Source: Alphaproteobacteria bacterium
GTDB taxonomy: Bacteria; Pseudomonadota; Alphaproteobacteria; SP197
DNA length: 64,000 nt
Direction: 5' to 3'
Assembly: GCA_964291265.2 (NCBI GenBank)
Contig: OZ219746.1
Location: 288,001 to 352,000 of the forward strand
Position 1 is the first letter of the stretch; each line of letters opens with the position of its first letter. The translations under genes and the position numbers were made by a program. This document shows positions 41,801 through 48,075 of the stretch, in pieces. A model generated the notes under the pieces. It saw nothing but the letters and a program-made list of their open reading frames with translations. It had not been told where the DNA came from and ran no database searches.

Positions 41801-42096
41801 CGATCGCAGATGCGGTTGCAAGCATCGCCAGGAGGGTTTCGAACGAGAACGACATCTGGCTTATTCTTGTAATCTGCTTGCAGGCTGCAGCTGCCTTCGA
41901 AGAACACGATGCGTGGTTTGATTGGCTGGAAGAAAGACTGGCGAGAATTGCAAGCTCTCTTCCTGGTCCCCCCAACCGATCCGTTCCGATGTTCCTGGAG
42001 CATCTCGACGCGATGGAAACGATCCTGCCCATCGGCTCCTGGTTTCATCGCCGGGCGAGATCCATAGCATCGATGGGTACTGTGCGCCGGCCGTAG
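35845..42096 (+). CDS. Very large helical-repeat protein with tandem PIN-like motifs (candidate conflict/defence protein)
   Basis: Uninterrupted ~2080-2136 aa ORF; TPR-like helices in the N-terminal half; IGLDITSILVLHYLG, IYLDDLALSYL and ALCVDDRFIN PIN-like acidic motifs; no Walker A seen; start uncertain (35686 or 35845). Confidence 0.7.
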   Translation: MTEPSLSALASVLRPFTTIVFQHVRRLSAERQAGQEPLIRTSTVMDGLLNNTLDRIRNGRIDSSWWQSLLHRVGHQYIAPDFLKKPVLRGWLAEESVAKDLKMIATWRIMDSAQDEAVPRDRLAQSYSHRTGEVPYLAARPIDVVVAVLVAGYFGASRSDDRAITGIMQTGFLQISERLDQLGQALPLTTDPVTCKAHTQDAEKRLAQILSLRGINPARARHDTQELLKRLDSGDLSAAAAKIKHDVRYWTARLSASDVKTLEIAKELRVQINNDDPDRDLSIIDALICETQDNPDEAVRLLRDRDDPDSRAVFFGLLARSRDAGAALAEFAERMVTAHAEFFTSIGWRNWAHCMIKVGRWMEAAEVLVRIGDKKSDSPMLALIEGIINAQLLLPTELRNATGDLPISAGIRPMQGEDAENIHARAAACLEMAQAGFGELEASALERYVAFWRQWLRLMDPKDENARVAREQVRQDLDRDEPDIRAVPLAWAFEISFNREPIRRYLSGREKLGGLDDDELRAQCLLLLIDMDSGALSGRNFLRYLNAHRKRLDRVMSNGLLKSANIRALVVDNQTARARKRLEEMRGDLDDEGVRRLSAMIDSHAGLDPRQKLERAYQETGSITDLRNLVECVRNADDNEALLPLLRELVGRHRTVANVTDLAVCLSGRPFSDHRQIVELLDSNEAYADLVEQSVDLKVVKAWALFHSGQLSKAKVHSDEILNNRSSVNMNLSEASVIGLDINIALASGDWERLPAIVEREWPRRDEHTANTLLGLAQISPRQGKNPDRALMLARLAAEKAPDDPHVLAASYWLHFQHGRDGDADRDWLSRALELSSDEDGPVWSVDLQTVATNWMPTRRERLAEIRKQWLAGEIPTGLAASLWDVSLTRLLVQIPETNADEPDRRLTEVVPVGLGKRAAVELQTDWAIGLDITSILVLHYLGFLEFVFCVFKRVKLASDVMLSLFREQDRVRFHQPSRIRDGQQVQNLCNLQRLRVADGIEAPPTDAVDELGRELAELLHAARQGGGKVVCVFPIHQPKSMMEKEADTTAWNDLLVSVFDLCRLLHMRGDIDADTHERVQLFLRTQGQAARGDAETSILDGAIYLDDLALSYLQSAKVLDQVATSNLDLRIHSRVLDRMEALVRAGQSGEDLAVKIDEIRHVLRSAVESGRASYLPRSVDQEESVPNRDDPFAATRSLLAAAAECDALCVDDRFINSSESITVTEKAERTIPIVCVLDVLDCLVEQAHLRPVHLWTARHKLRSGGFVFIPLEVDELVHWLKTAPVENGLWIESAELRAIRQSMAQTSSVGLFNPDETFVLSDEVTQTSVCALRSLWRNQCLAVETVVTMSTWVWRHLIANAPGGHGDDEEKRRKTWTRESVLRRVSAVLLPPGIESSDRRDSFARWVDESVLQPFRPANVNLIDDALTLIADSIPDEDCEDSVFVNFFLSHLPDSCRQYLLKKYPDRARRWGFETRTVFGLEAGIKILDKELFAAARHVLSGKGERSIRSIMGDDILVDLDPGDLTVVLVNPDTGPGNREKIPDLSVFSPDSQTRVAALGSMLDRLGPTAPDFGRLLADLELGEPDDSELTDVFREAADGVAALQGSLLRKICPGQPLDVVDVVPEDLAYYEKFVGPQPESRDPDQYISRTLIPYRRALLDRDLSRGLDICCVGALREDLCPGQWTFHIDDNEMWDALNACDADKTPVSLLGALDVALYRQHDDRFRDYAARAIIKLCSDGFDPQQSTEFYKLFWIFTFLTFNRVSLIENGSKQPGFWRRMCAWMQAQFIVRALSRESVSVDLDKLEGWAMSNMALVGAYAELVSAREEPMLLFAERLPPSDLRCEVLGRLVGLRSRHASEGRSIPQSETIDQALERAQESGNWLKCFFPGPLEGHRRPTEPASEQLVGTLKESVPDGSLPASWHFMANLSHLHALGECELGVAREAVVRVGDGSDEGEMRNTLLSLEAASMVAKTSRDTLLADAIADAVASIARRVSNENDIWLILVICLQAAAAFEEHDAWFDWLEERLARIASSLPGPPNRSVPMFLEHLDAMETILPIGSWFHRRARSIASMGTVRRP

Positions 42097-42183
42097 ATTG
42101 CCCGGCTCCCGGTGGGCATCAGCGAGAAGTCAATTGACGCCCGGATCATGCAGTGAGCCGATGTGGGGGCACCTTCCCGGAAC

Positions 42184-43398
42184 CTACACGGTGGTGATCG
42201 TCCGTGGCAGTGTCGAGAGCACCTCGAGCCCGTTGTCGGTGACAAGGAAACTCTCGATCCAGGCGGCGCCGGAGCCGCCGGGCCAGTCTTCCCAGACATC
42301 GAACTGGTTCTCCAGGTTGAACACCTGGCCTGGCTCCAGGGTGCGGTCACCGAGGTTGTGGCGGGGCCTGAGCCAGTGGTTGCCGCACCAGTCCGGAGGC
42401 ACGGCGATGCCGAGGGAGTAGCCGCCGACAAACCAGACCCATTGTCTCAGTCCGGCACGGTCGGTGTAGTCGTCCGCCACCTCCTGGACCTTCGTGACCG
42501 GGTCGCCGGGACGGCATGCCTCGACGACGGCATCCATGCAGCCGGCTGACGTCGTCATGAGCTGCGTCCAGCGTCGATCGGGTTCCCCCAGGGAGAACGT
42601 GCGGTTGAGGTTGACGTGGTAGCGGTGGAGGCAGCCGCAGAAATCGAGAAACACCAGGTCTCCATAGCGGATGCGGCGGTGCTGCGCGGGACTGTGGTGG
42701 GTGCCGGCGCGCGGGCCCGAGGCCACCATGGTGCGGATTCCGGGGTAACCGCCGCCCGCCTTCATCATGGTCGACGCGATGACGGCCTCGATCTCGGTCT
42801 CCATCACCCCCTCGGCAATGGCGTCACGGGCTGCGGCCATGGCCTCGTCGGCCATGGCGGCCGCCCGCTTCATCACGGCGACCTCCGCCGGCGACTTCAC
42901 GAAGCGCAGTTCCTCGACGAGGAACGAGGCGTCCTCCACCACCGCTCCGCCGGCTTCGAGAGCACCTTCGAGGGCGTGACTCGTCCGGCCGTGGGGGGCG
43001 TAGGCCCAGGGCTGAATGCCGACCCGTGCCGAGACGAGTCCGAATTCGGCCAGGGCGCCGGCGATCTGGCGGCATTCGCTCTCCGTGGACCCGTGATCAA
43101 GCCAGCACACGTCACGGATTTCCGGCGTCGTGGAAACGATCGTCGTGTGGCCGCGGCCGTCAAAGAACAGTGTGTCGTCGCTTCCGGCGCGCACCATGAG
43201 TCCCGTCAGGCTCTCGAGGTGGTACCAGATCATGTCATAGCCGGTGAGCCACGTGAGATCGGCCGGGTTGGTGACGAAGAGGGCATCGAGACCGGCCTCG
43301 GTCATCGCCTGCCTCGTGCGCTGCCGACGCCGAGCGTACTCCTCGCCGGTGAAGGGCTGCTCCCAGTCGATCTGGTCGCGCAGGTAGGTCTGGATCAT
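42184..43398 (-). CDS. M24 family hydrolase, ectoine hydrolase (DoeA/EutD)/creatinase-like
   Basis: FTGEEYARR..R.AM...LTWLTGYD, VKSPAE, GCLHRYHVNLNRT, GYSLGIAVPPDW; start reassigned to MIQTYL. Confidence 0.8.
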   Translation of the reverse strand: MIQTYLRDQIDWEQPFTGEEYARRRQRTRQAMTEAGLDALFVTNPADLTWLTGYDMIWYHLESLTGLMVRAGSDDTLFFDGRGHTTIVSTTPEIRDVCWLDHGSTESECRQIAGALAEFGLVSARVGIQPWAYAPHGRTSHALEGALEAGGAVVEDASFLVEELRFVKSPAEVAVMKRAAAMADEAMAAARDAIAEGVMETEIEAVIASTMMKAGGGYPGIRTMVASGPRAGTHHSPAQHRRIRYGDLVFLDFCGCLHRYHVNLNRTFSLGEPDRRWTQLMTTSAGCMDAVVEACRPGDPVTKVQEVADDYTDRAGLRQWVWFVGGYSLGIAVPPDWCGNHWLRPRHNLGDRTLEPGQVFNLENQFDVWEDWPGGSGAAWIESFLVTDNGLEVLSTLPRTITTV

Positions 43399-43442
43399 GG
43401 TGTTCTTCCCGGTGCTGCCGGCAATGGTCGGCGGTGGAGGGG

Positions 43443-44279
43443 TCAGTCGGAGCGCCAGCCCCACATGGCGCCGCCCTTCATGGCTCTCAAGGGCACGCGG
43501 CCGTGGTCGCTCGGATAATGCCCGAGCAAGCCGTCGTGCACATTGTAGCCCATGAGTTGCTGAAGGTGCTCCGGCAAGGCGGCGGCGGTTTCGCGGGGAA
43601 CGGAAAGGAAGTGATTGACCTCCTGGCGCAGCCAGCCGAGGCAGTAGGTGTTGATGAGTCCGGCACGGGGTCGGCGGTCCCGGTTGGCTCCGCCACCGTG
43701 CCATGCTGATCCGAGATAGAAGAGCGCCGATCCCTTCGGCATGTCGGCCGACACCACCCCATCATCAGGCCCGGGCGATCGCGACGGCGGCCAGCGATGG
43801 CTCTTCGGAACGAGCCGGGTGGCCCCGTTGACGTCGGTGAACGCCTCAAGGGCCCACATGACCGAGACCTGCCACTCGACGCCGGGGACCTGCACGGGGT
43901 AGATCGTGTCGTCGCGGTGGAGAACCTGCCCGGTTTCGCCTGGATGGATCTCGATGGCCGTGCAACTGCCGATGAGATAGGAGGTGCAGTGGTCAAGGAG
44001 AATGGCGTCGAGCACACGCATCATGCCGCGGTGACCGATCATGCCGGCGGATGCCGGCGAGATGTCGAGAACCGAATTGACGCGCAGGGTGGTGTAGCCG
44101 TTGAAATCGCTCACGGTGGACCGGCCCACCCGGTCAAAGGGCTCCCTGAGGTCGCTTCGCACCTCGTCGGCCATGGCATCGTCGACATAGTGCTCGACGA
44201 TGGCCGCACCATCGCGCCGGATCGCTCCAACGATGTCGGGAACCGGTGCATCGCTCCTGAACCGTTCGATCCCCGGCAT
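43443..44279 (-). CDS. Phytanoyl-CoA dioxygenase (PhyH) family Fe(II)/2OG enzyme
   Basis: Q.LHRDD, NGATRLVP.SH, WHGGGAN, LGWLRQE. Confidence 0.9.
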   Translation of the reverse strand: MPGIERFRSDAPVPDIVGAIRRDGAAIVEHYVDDAMADEVRSDLREPFDRVGRSTVSDFNGYTTLRVNSVLDISPASAGMIGHRGMMRVLDAILLDHCTSYLIGSCTAIEIHPGETGQVLHRDDTIYPVQVPGVEWQVSVMWALEAFTDVNGATRLVPKSHRWPPSRSPGPDDGVVSADMPKGSALFYLGSAWHGGGANRDRRPRAGLINTYCLGWLRQEVNHFLSVPRETAAALPEHLQQLMGYNVHDGLLGHYPSDHGRVPLRAMKGGAMWGWRSD

Positions 44280-44294
44280 GTGCCTCCCGTCACG

Positions 44295-44924
44295 TCATCG
44301 GCGAGGATACACAATGACGGAAAGAAACCTGACCGGCAACCGAATCAGTGTCTCGGGCCCGTGCGGGGCATCGGCATCGAAGAAGAGGGAATCGCCGACC
44401 TCCATGCGGTAGCTGCTTCCGGCATGGCGGTAGACCATGGCGCCCTCGACGACATAGAGGAACTCCTGGCCGTCGTGCTGGAACAGGGGGAAAACCTCGG
44501 ATTCGTGGGTCAGCGTGATCATGTAGGGTTCGACGGCGACTTCCTTGTGAACACCGTGTCCGAGCAGGGCGTACTGATGGCCGGCGCGCGTCCCGCGGCG
44601 TTCGATCTTGAGGCCCTCTCCCGCCCTGACATGACTGGCATCGCGCTGTTCCTCGAATCTCTGGAAGAGTGTGTTGAACGGAACGTTGAGGGCTCCGACC
44701 AGGCGCTGCAGGGTGCTCAGGGAAGGCGATGTATGGCCGTTCTCGATCTTCGAGAGCATGCCGGAGGATACTCCGGCCTGAGCCGCAAGTTCCGTCACGG
44801 TCATGTCGAGTCGACGCCGGTGGCGGCGGACCTGGTTGCCGATGGCAGCCTCGAGGTCACGGTCTCCCCGGGCCATGGCGTGGGGATCCTGGTCGAGGAC
44901 CGCAGGAAGCTCATGGTCCGGCAT
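44295..44924 (-). CDS. XRE-family HTH-cupin transcriptional regulator
   Basis: SSGMLSKIENGHTSPSL; FQHDGQEFLYV..FDADAPHGP. Confidence 0.9.
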   Translation of the reverse strand: MPDHELPAVLDQDPHAMARGDRDLEAAIGNQVRRHRRRLDMTVTELAAQAGVSSGMLSKIENGHTSPSLSTLQRLVGALNVPFNTLFQRFEEQRDASHVRAGEGLKIERRGTRAGHQYALLGHGVHKEVAVEPYMITLTHESEVFPLFQHDGQEFLYVVEGAMVYRHAGSSYRMEVGDSLFFDADAPHGPETLIRLPVRFLSVIVYPRR

Positions 44925-44935
44925 GGAATCGGATC

Positions 44936-45157
44936 CTACATCGTGTCGTCATCGAGGTGCCCGGCTCCGAGGATCACCGCCACGGGCCCCCTGCCGTCAT
45001 GATGGACCAGGAAGTGGACGGCCATGCCGGGAGCAACGGCGCCCAGTCTGGCGCGGGTTGTTCCGTCGACATCGAACACCATGTCGCCACCGCCGTCGAC
45101 CGGGCGCACGAAGCCGTAGGACCGTTCCGGCCTGAGCCAGACGATGTGACCATTCAT
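44936..45157 (-). CDS. Divergent cold-shock domain protein
   Basis: G.IVW....SYGFVRP.DGG.D.VF..V.F...GRGP.A; 73 aa. Confidence 0.7.
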   Translation of the reverse strand: MNGHIVWLRPERSYGFVRPVDGGGDMVFDVDGTTRARLGAVAPGMAVHFLVHHDGRGPVAVILGAGHLDDDTM

Positions 45158-45218
45158 GACGGAGACACATGCCGGGGCGGCGTGCCGGGTGTCAAGAGGC
45201 AGGCTGTGCGGAAATCGC

Positions 45219-45246
45219 TTGCCCTTGGCGGCATTCTCGCTACACT
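45219..45246 (+). promoter_or_regulatory. Putative sigma70 promoter of the rimP operon
   Basis: TTGCCC-N16-TACACT about 130 nt upstream of rimP. Confidence 0.45.
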
Positions 45247-45379
45247 CTCCTCACCTCGGGGACGTGATTCTCCGGAGTGACCGGGGTGTGGGCCAAGGGT
45301 GTCCGCGCGCATACTCGACCGAGAGTACTTGAACCAGGGAATGGAACGGCGTCGAGACGCCCAGGCGCGTCCCTGACGT

Positions 45380-45913
45380 GTGGCGATTGTGGAGGGCACG
45401 ACACTGGAGGACAGGCTCGAAAGTCTGATCTCACCGACCGTGGTGAGCATCGGTTTCCGCCTTGTGCGGGTGAAGATGTTCAACCACCAGGGCAGGGTTC
45501 TGCAGGTCATGATCGAGCGCGCCGACGGCGACAGCGCGACCATCGACGACTGCGCCATGGTGAGTCGCCTCGTGGGTGCCCATCTCGATGCCGAGGATCC
45601 GGTTTCGGGATCCTATGACCTCGAGGTGAGCTCCACCGGCATTGACCGTCCTCTGGTACGCCGGGAAGATTTCAGCAGGTTTGCCGGGTTCGAGGCGACG
45701 GCGTTCATCGATCCGCCGCTCGACGGCAGAAGGAAGTTCGAGGGCCGACTCGCGGGCATGGCCGACGGCAACGTGCAGATGGAGCAGTCTCCCGGCTGTA
45801 TCGTCAGTCTGCCGTTTGCCCATATCGTCGAAGCGAAACTTGTCCTCAACGACGAACTGATCAGGGGAACGGCGCAGCCGGCCGACGGACCGGTGCGGGT
45901 CGAGGCAGGATAG
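45380..45913 (+). CDS. rimP: Ribosome maturation factor RimP
   Basis: LQVMIER, IDDC, YDLEVSSTGIDRPL; precedes nusA. Confidence 0.94.
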   Translation: MAIVEGTTLEDRLESLISPTVVSIGFRLVRVKMFNHQGRVLQVMIERADGDSATIDDCAMVSRLVGAHLDAEDPVSGSYDLEVSSTGIDRPLVRREDFSRFAGFEATAFIDPPLDGRRKFEGRLAGMADGNVQMEQSPGCIVSLPFAHIVEAKLVLNDELIRGTAQPADGPVRVEAG

Positions 45914-45917
45914 GATC

Positions 45918-47495
45918 ATGGCGGCCGTAACGAACGTGGCGCACAGGGATCTGCTGCAGATCGCGGCGACCGTGGCGACAGAAAAGGGCATCGAGCACGA
46001 AACCGTGATCGAGGCGCTCGAACAGGCGATCCAGAGCGCCGCGGTGAAGAAGTACGGTGAACTCGACATCAGGGTCGAGATCGACCGCACGTCCGGTGTG
46101 GTGACGCTGCTGCTCTATCGCGAGGTCATTGGGGATGATGTCGAACTGCAGCCGGGCCGGCACATCACTCTCGAGGAGGCGCGCCGGAAGAACCCCGTCG
46201 CCGAGGTCGGGGACTTCATCACCGAGGATCTGCCGCCGGTCGAATTCGGACGGATCTCGGCCCAGGGCGCCAAGCAGACCATCATGCAAAAGGTCCGCGA
46301 GGCCGAGCGCGATCGCCAGTACAACGAATTCAAGGACCGTGTCGGGGAGATCATCAACGGAATAGTCAAGCGCGACGAGCGTGGCAACCAGATCGTCGAT
46401 CTCGGACGTGCCGAGGCGATGCTGCGGCGCGACGACTGCCTGCCGCGCGAACCCCTGCGCCGTGGTGATCGGGTGCGGGCCTACGTCTACGACGTGCGCC
46501 AGGAGTCCCGCGGACCGCAGGTCTTCATCTCGCGCGTGCACCCCGACTTCATGCGCAAGCTCTTCGAGATGGAGGTCCCGGAGATCTACGACGGCATCAT
46601 CGAGGTTCGCGCCATCGCCCGCGACGCCGGGAGCCGGGCCAAGATCGCCGTGCGGACCAATGACGACTCCATTGATCCTGTCGGAGCCTGCGTCGGTATG
46701 CGGGGCAGCCGTGTTCAGGCCGTCGTCAACGAACTCGGCGGCGAGAAGATCGACATCATTCCCTGGTCGCCGGACACAGCCACCTTTGTCGTGAACGCCC
46801 TGCAGCCCGCGGAGGTGGCCAAGGTCGTCATGGACGAAGCGGAACGGCGCATGGAGGTCGTGGTGCCGGATGACCAGTTGTCTCTGGCGATTGGCCGGCG
46901 TGGCCAGAATGTGCGACTCGCCTCGCAGCTCGTGGGCTGGGACATCGACATCATGACCGAAAGCGGTGAATCGGAGCGCCGCACCAACGAAATGCGCGTG
47001 CAGTCCGAGCACTTCATGGAAGCGCTCGATGTCGACGACGTGCTCGCCCGACTTCTCGTGACCGAGGGATTCTCGGAGGTCGAGGAGATCGCCTTCGAAT
47101 CCGCCGAGGAACTGCTTTCCATCGAGGGTCTCGACGAGGGGATCGCCCAGGAACTGCAGAATCGGGCCATCGCATTTGTCCAGGAACGCGACCTTCAGTT
47201 CGATGCCAGGCGCCGTGAACTCGGTGTTGCGGACGATGTCGCCTCCATTGATGGACTGACGCCGGCCTTTCTTGTCGAACTGGGCGAGAAGGGAATCAGG
47301 ACTCTCGACGATCTGGCCGATCTGGCAGCCGACGAGCTGTTGCAGGACTACCTGCCCGGTACGTATCTGACACCGGACGATGCCAACGCCATCATCATGG
47401 CGGCTCGCGCCCACTGGTTCGAGGGTGAACAAGACGGCCACGCGACCGGGTCGTCCGCGCAAGATGACAACGCTGATGCCCGGTCCGAACACTAA
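45918..47495 (+). CDS. nusA: Transcription termination factor NusA
   Basis: FGRISAQGAKQ, EVPEIYDG, DPVGACVGMRGSRV, SLAIGRRGQNVRLAS. Confidence 0.97.
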   Translation: MAAVTNVAHRDLLQIAATVATEKGIEHETVIEALEQAIQSAAVKKYGELDIRVEIDRTSGVVTLLLYREVIGDDVELQPGRHITLEEARRKNPVAEVGDFITEDLPPVEFGRISAQGAKQTIMQKVREAERDRQYNEFKDRVGEIINGIVKRDERGNQIVDLGRAEAMLRRDDCLPREPLRRGDRVRAYVYDVRQESRGPQVFISRVHPDFMRKLFEMEVPEIYDGIIEVRAIARDAGSRAKIAVRTNDDSIDPVGACVGMRGSRVQAVVNELGGEKIDIIPWSPDTATFVVNALQPAEVAKVVMDEAERRMEVVVPDDQLSLAIGRRGQNVRLASQLVGWDIDIMTESGESERRTNEMRVQSEHFMEALDVDDVLARLLVTEGFSEVEEIAFESAEELLSIEGLDEGIAQELQNRAIAFVQERDLQFDARRRELGVADDVASIDGLTPAFLVELGEKGIRTLDDLADLAADELLQDYLPGTYLTPDDANAIIMAARAHWFEGEQDGHATGSSAQDDNADARSEH

Positions 47496-48072
47496 TGTCC
47501 AGCGGCGCTGCATAGCCACCGGCAGGTCCGTCGACAGGACGGGGCTGGTACGGTTCGTGCTGGCGCCGTCCGGGGACATCGTGCCGGACCTGGCGGAACG
47601 CCTGCCCGGTCGGGGCGTGTGGGTTTCCGCCCGGCGCGAAGCCATCGACCGCGCGGTTGCCAGGAAGCAGTTCAGTCGCGGCCTCAAGAGGCCCGTGGCT
47701 GCCCGGTCCGATCTCGCCGACTCCGTGGAAAGCCTGCTTGTCCAACGGATTGTCGAGCTTCTGGGATTCGCCCGCCGGGCGGGCGAGGCCGTGTGTGGAT
47801 TTGAGAAGTGCCGCGCCTTTGCTTCGAGGGACGGAAGTCTTCTGCTGCACGCCCGTGACGGCTCGGCCGCAGGCCTCGAGAAGCTGACCGGACGGTCGTC
47901 CGTCACGGTGTTGCGGGTCCTGGATCGCGTGGAACTCGGGGAGGCGTTTGGCCGGAGCGACGCGGTGCACGTGGCTCTTCGCTCCGGTGGTCTCGCCACC
48001 GGAATCACCCGGGAATGTGCCCGCCTCGCGGGTTTTCGAGGACTCGACGAACCTGGCATGGAAGGAACCTGA
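47464..48072 (+). CDS. ylxR: YlxR/DUF448 RNA-binding protein with L7Ae-like C-terminus
   Basis: QRRCIATG, LVRFV, PGRGVWV; lies between nusA and infB. Confidence 0.88.
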   Translation: MTTLMPGPNTNVQRRCIATGRSVDRTGLVRFVLAPSGDIVPDLAERLPGRGVWVSARREAIDRAVARKQFSRGLKRPVAARSDLADSVESLLVQRIVELLGFARRAGEAVCGFEKCRAFASRDGSLLLHARDGSAAGLEKLTGRSSVTVLRVLDRVELGEAFGRSDAVHVALRSGGLATGITRECARLAGFRGLDEPGMEGT

Positions 48073-48075
48073 AGG

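Larger units (their letters stand above)
34289..42114. mobile_element. Putative genomic (defence) island
   Basis: Visibly lower GC and atypical codon use; TA pair plus giant gene; 9-bp direct repeat CTCCCGGTG at 34289-34297 and 42106-42114; no integrase seen. Confidence 0.5.

Noticed and set aside
35845-42096. Giant ORF as a STAND/Avs NTPase or CRISPR effector
   Set aside because: No Walker A/B, RuvC/HNH context or adjacent array recognised.
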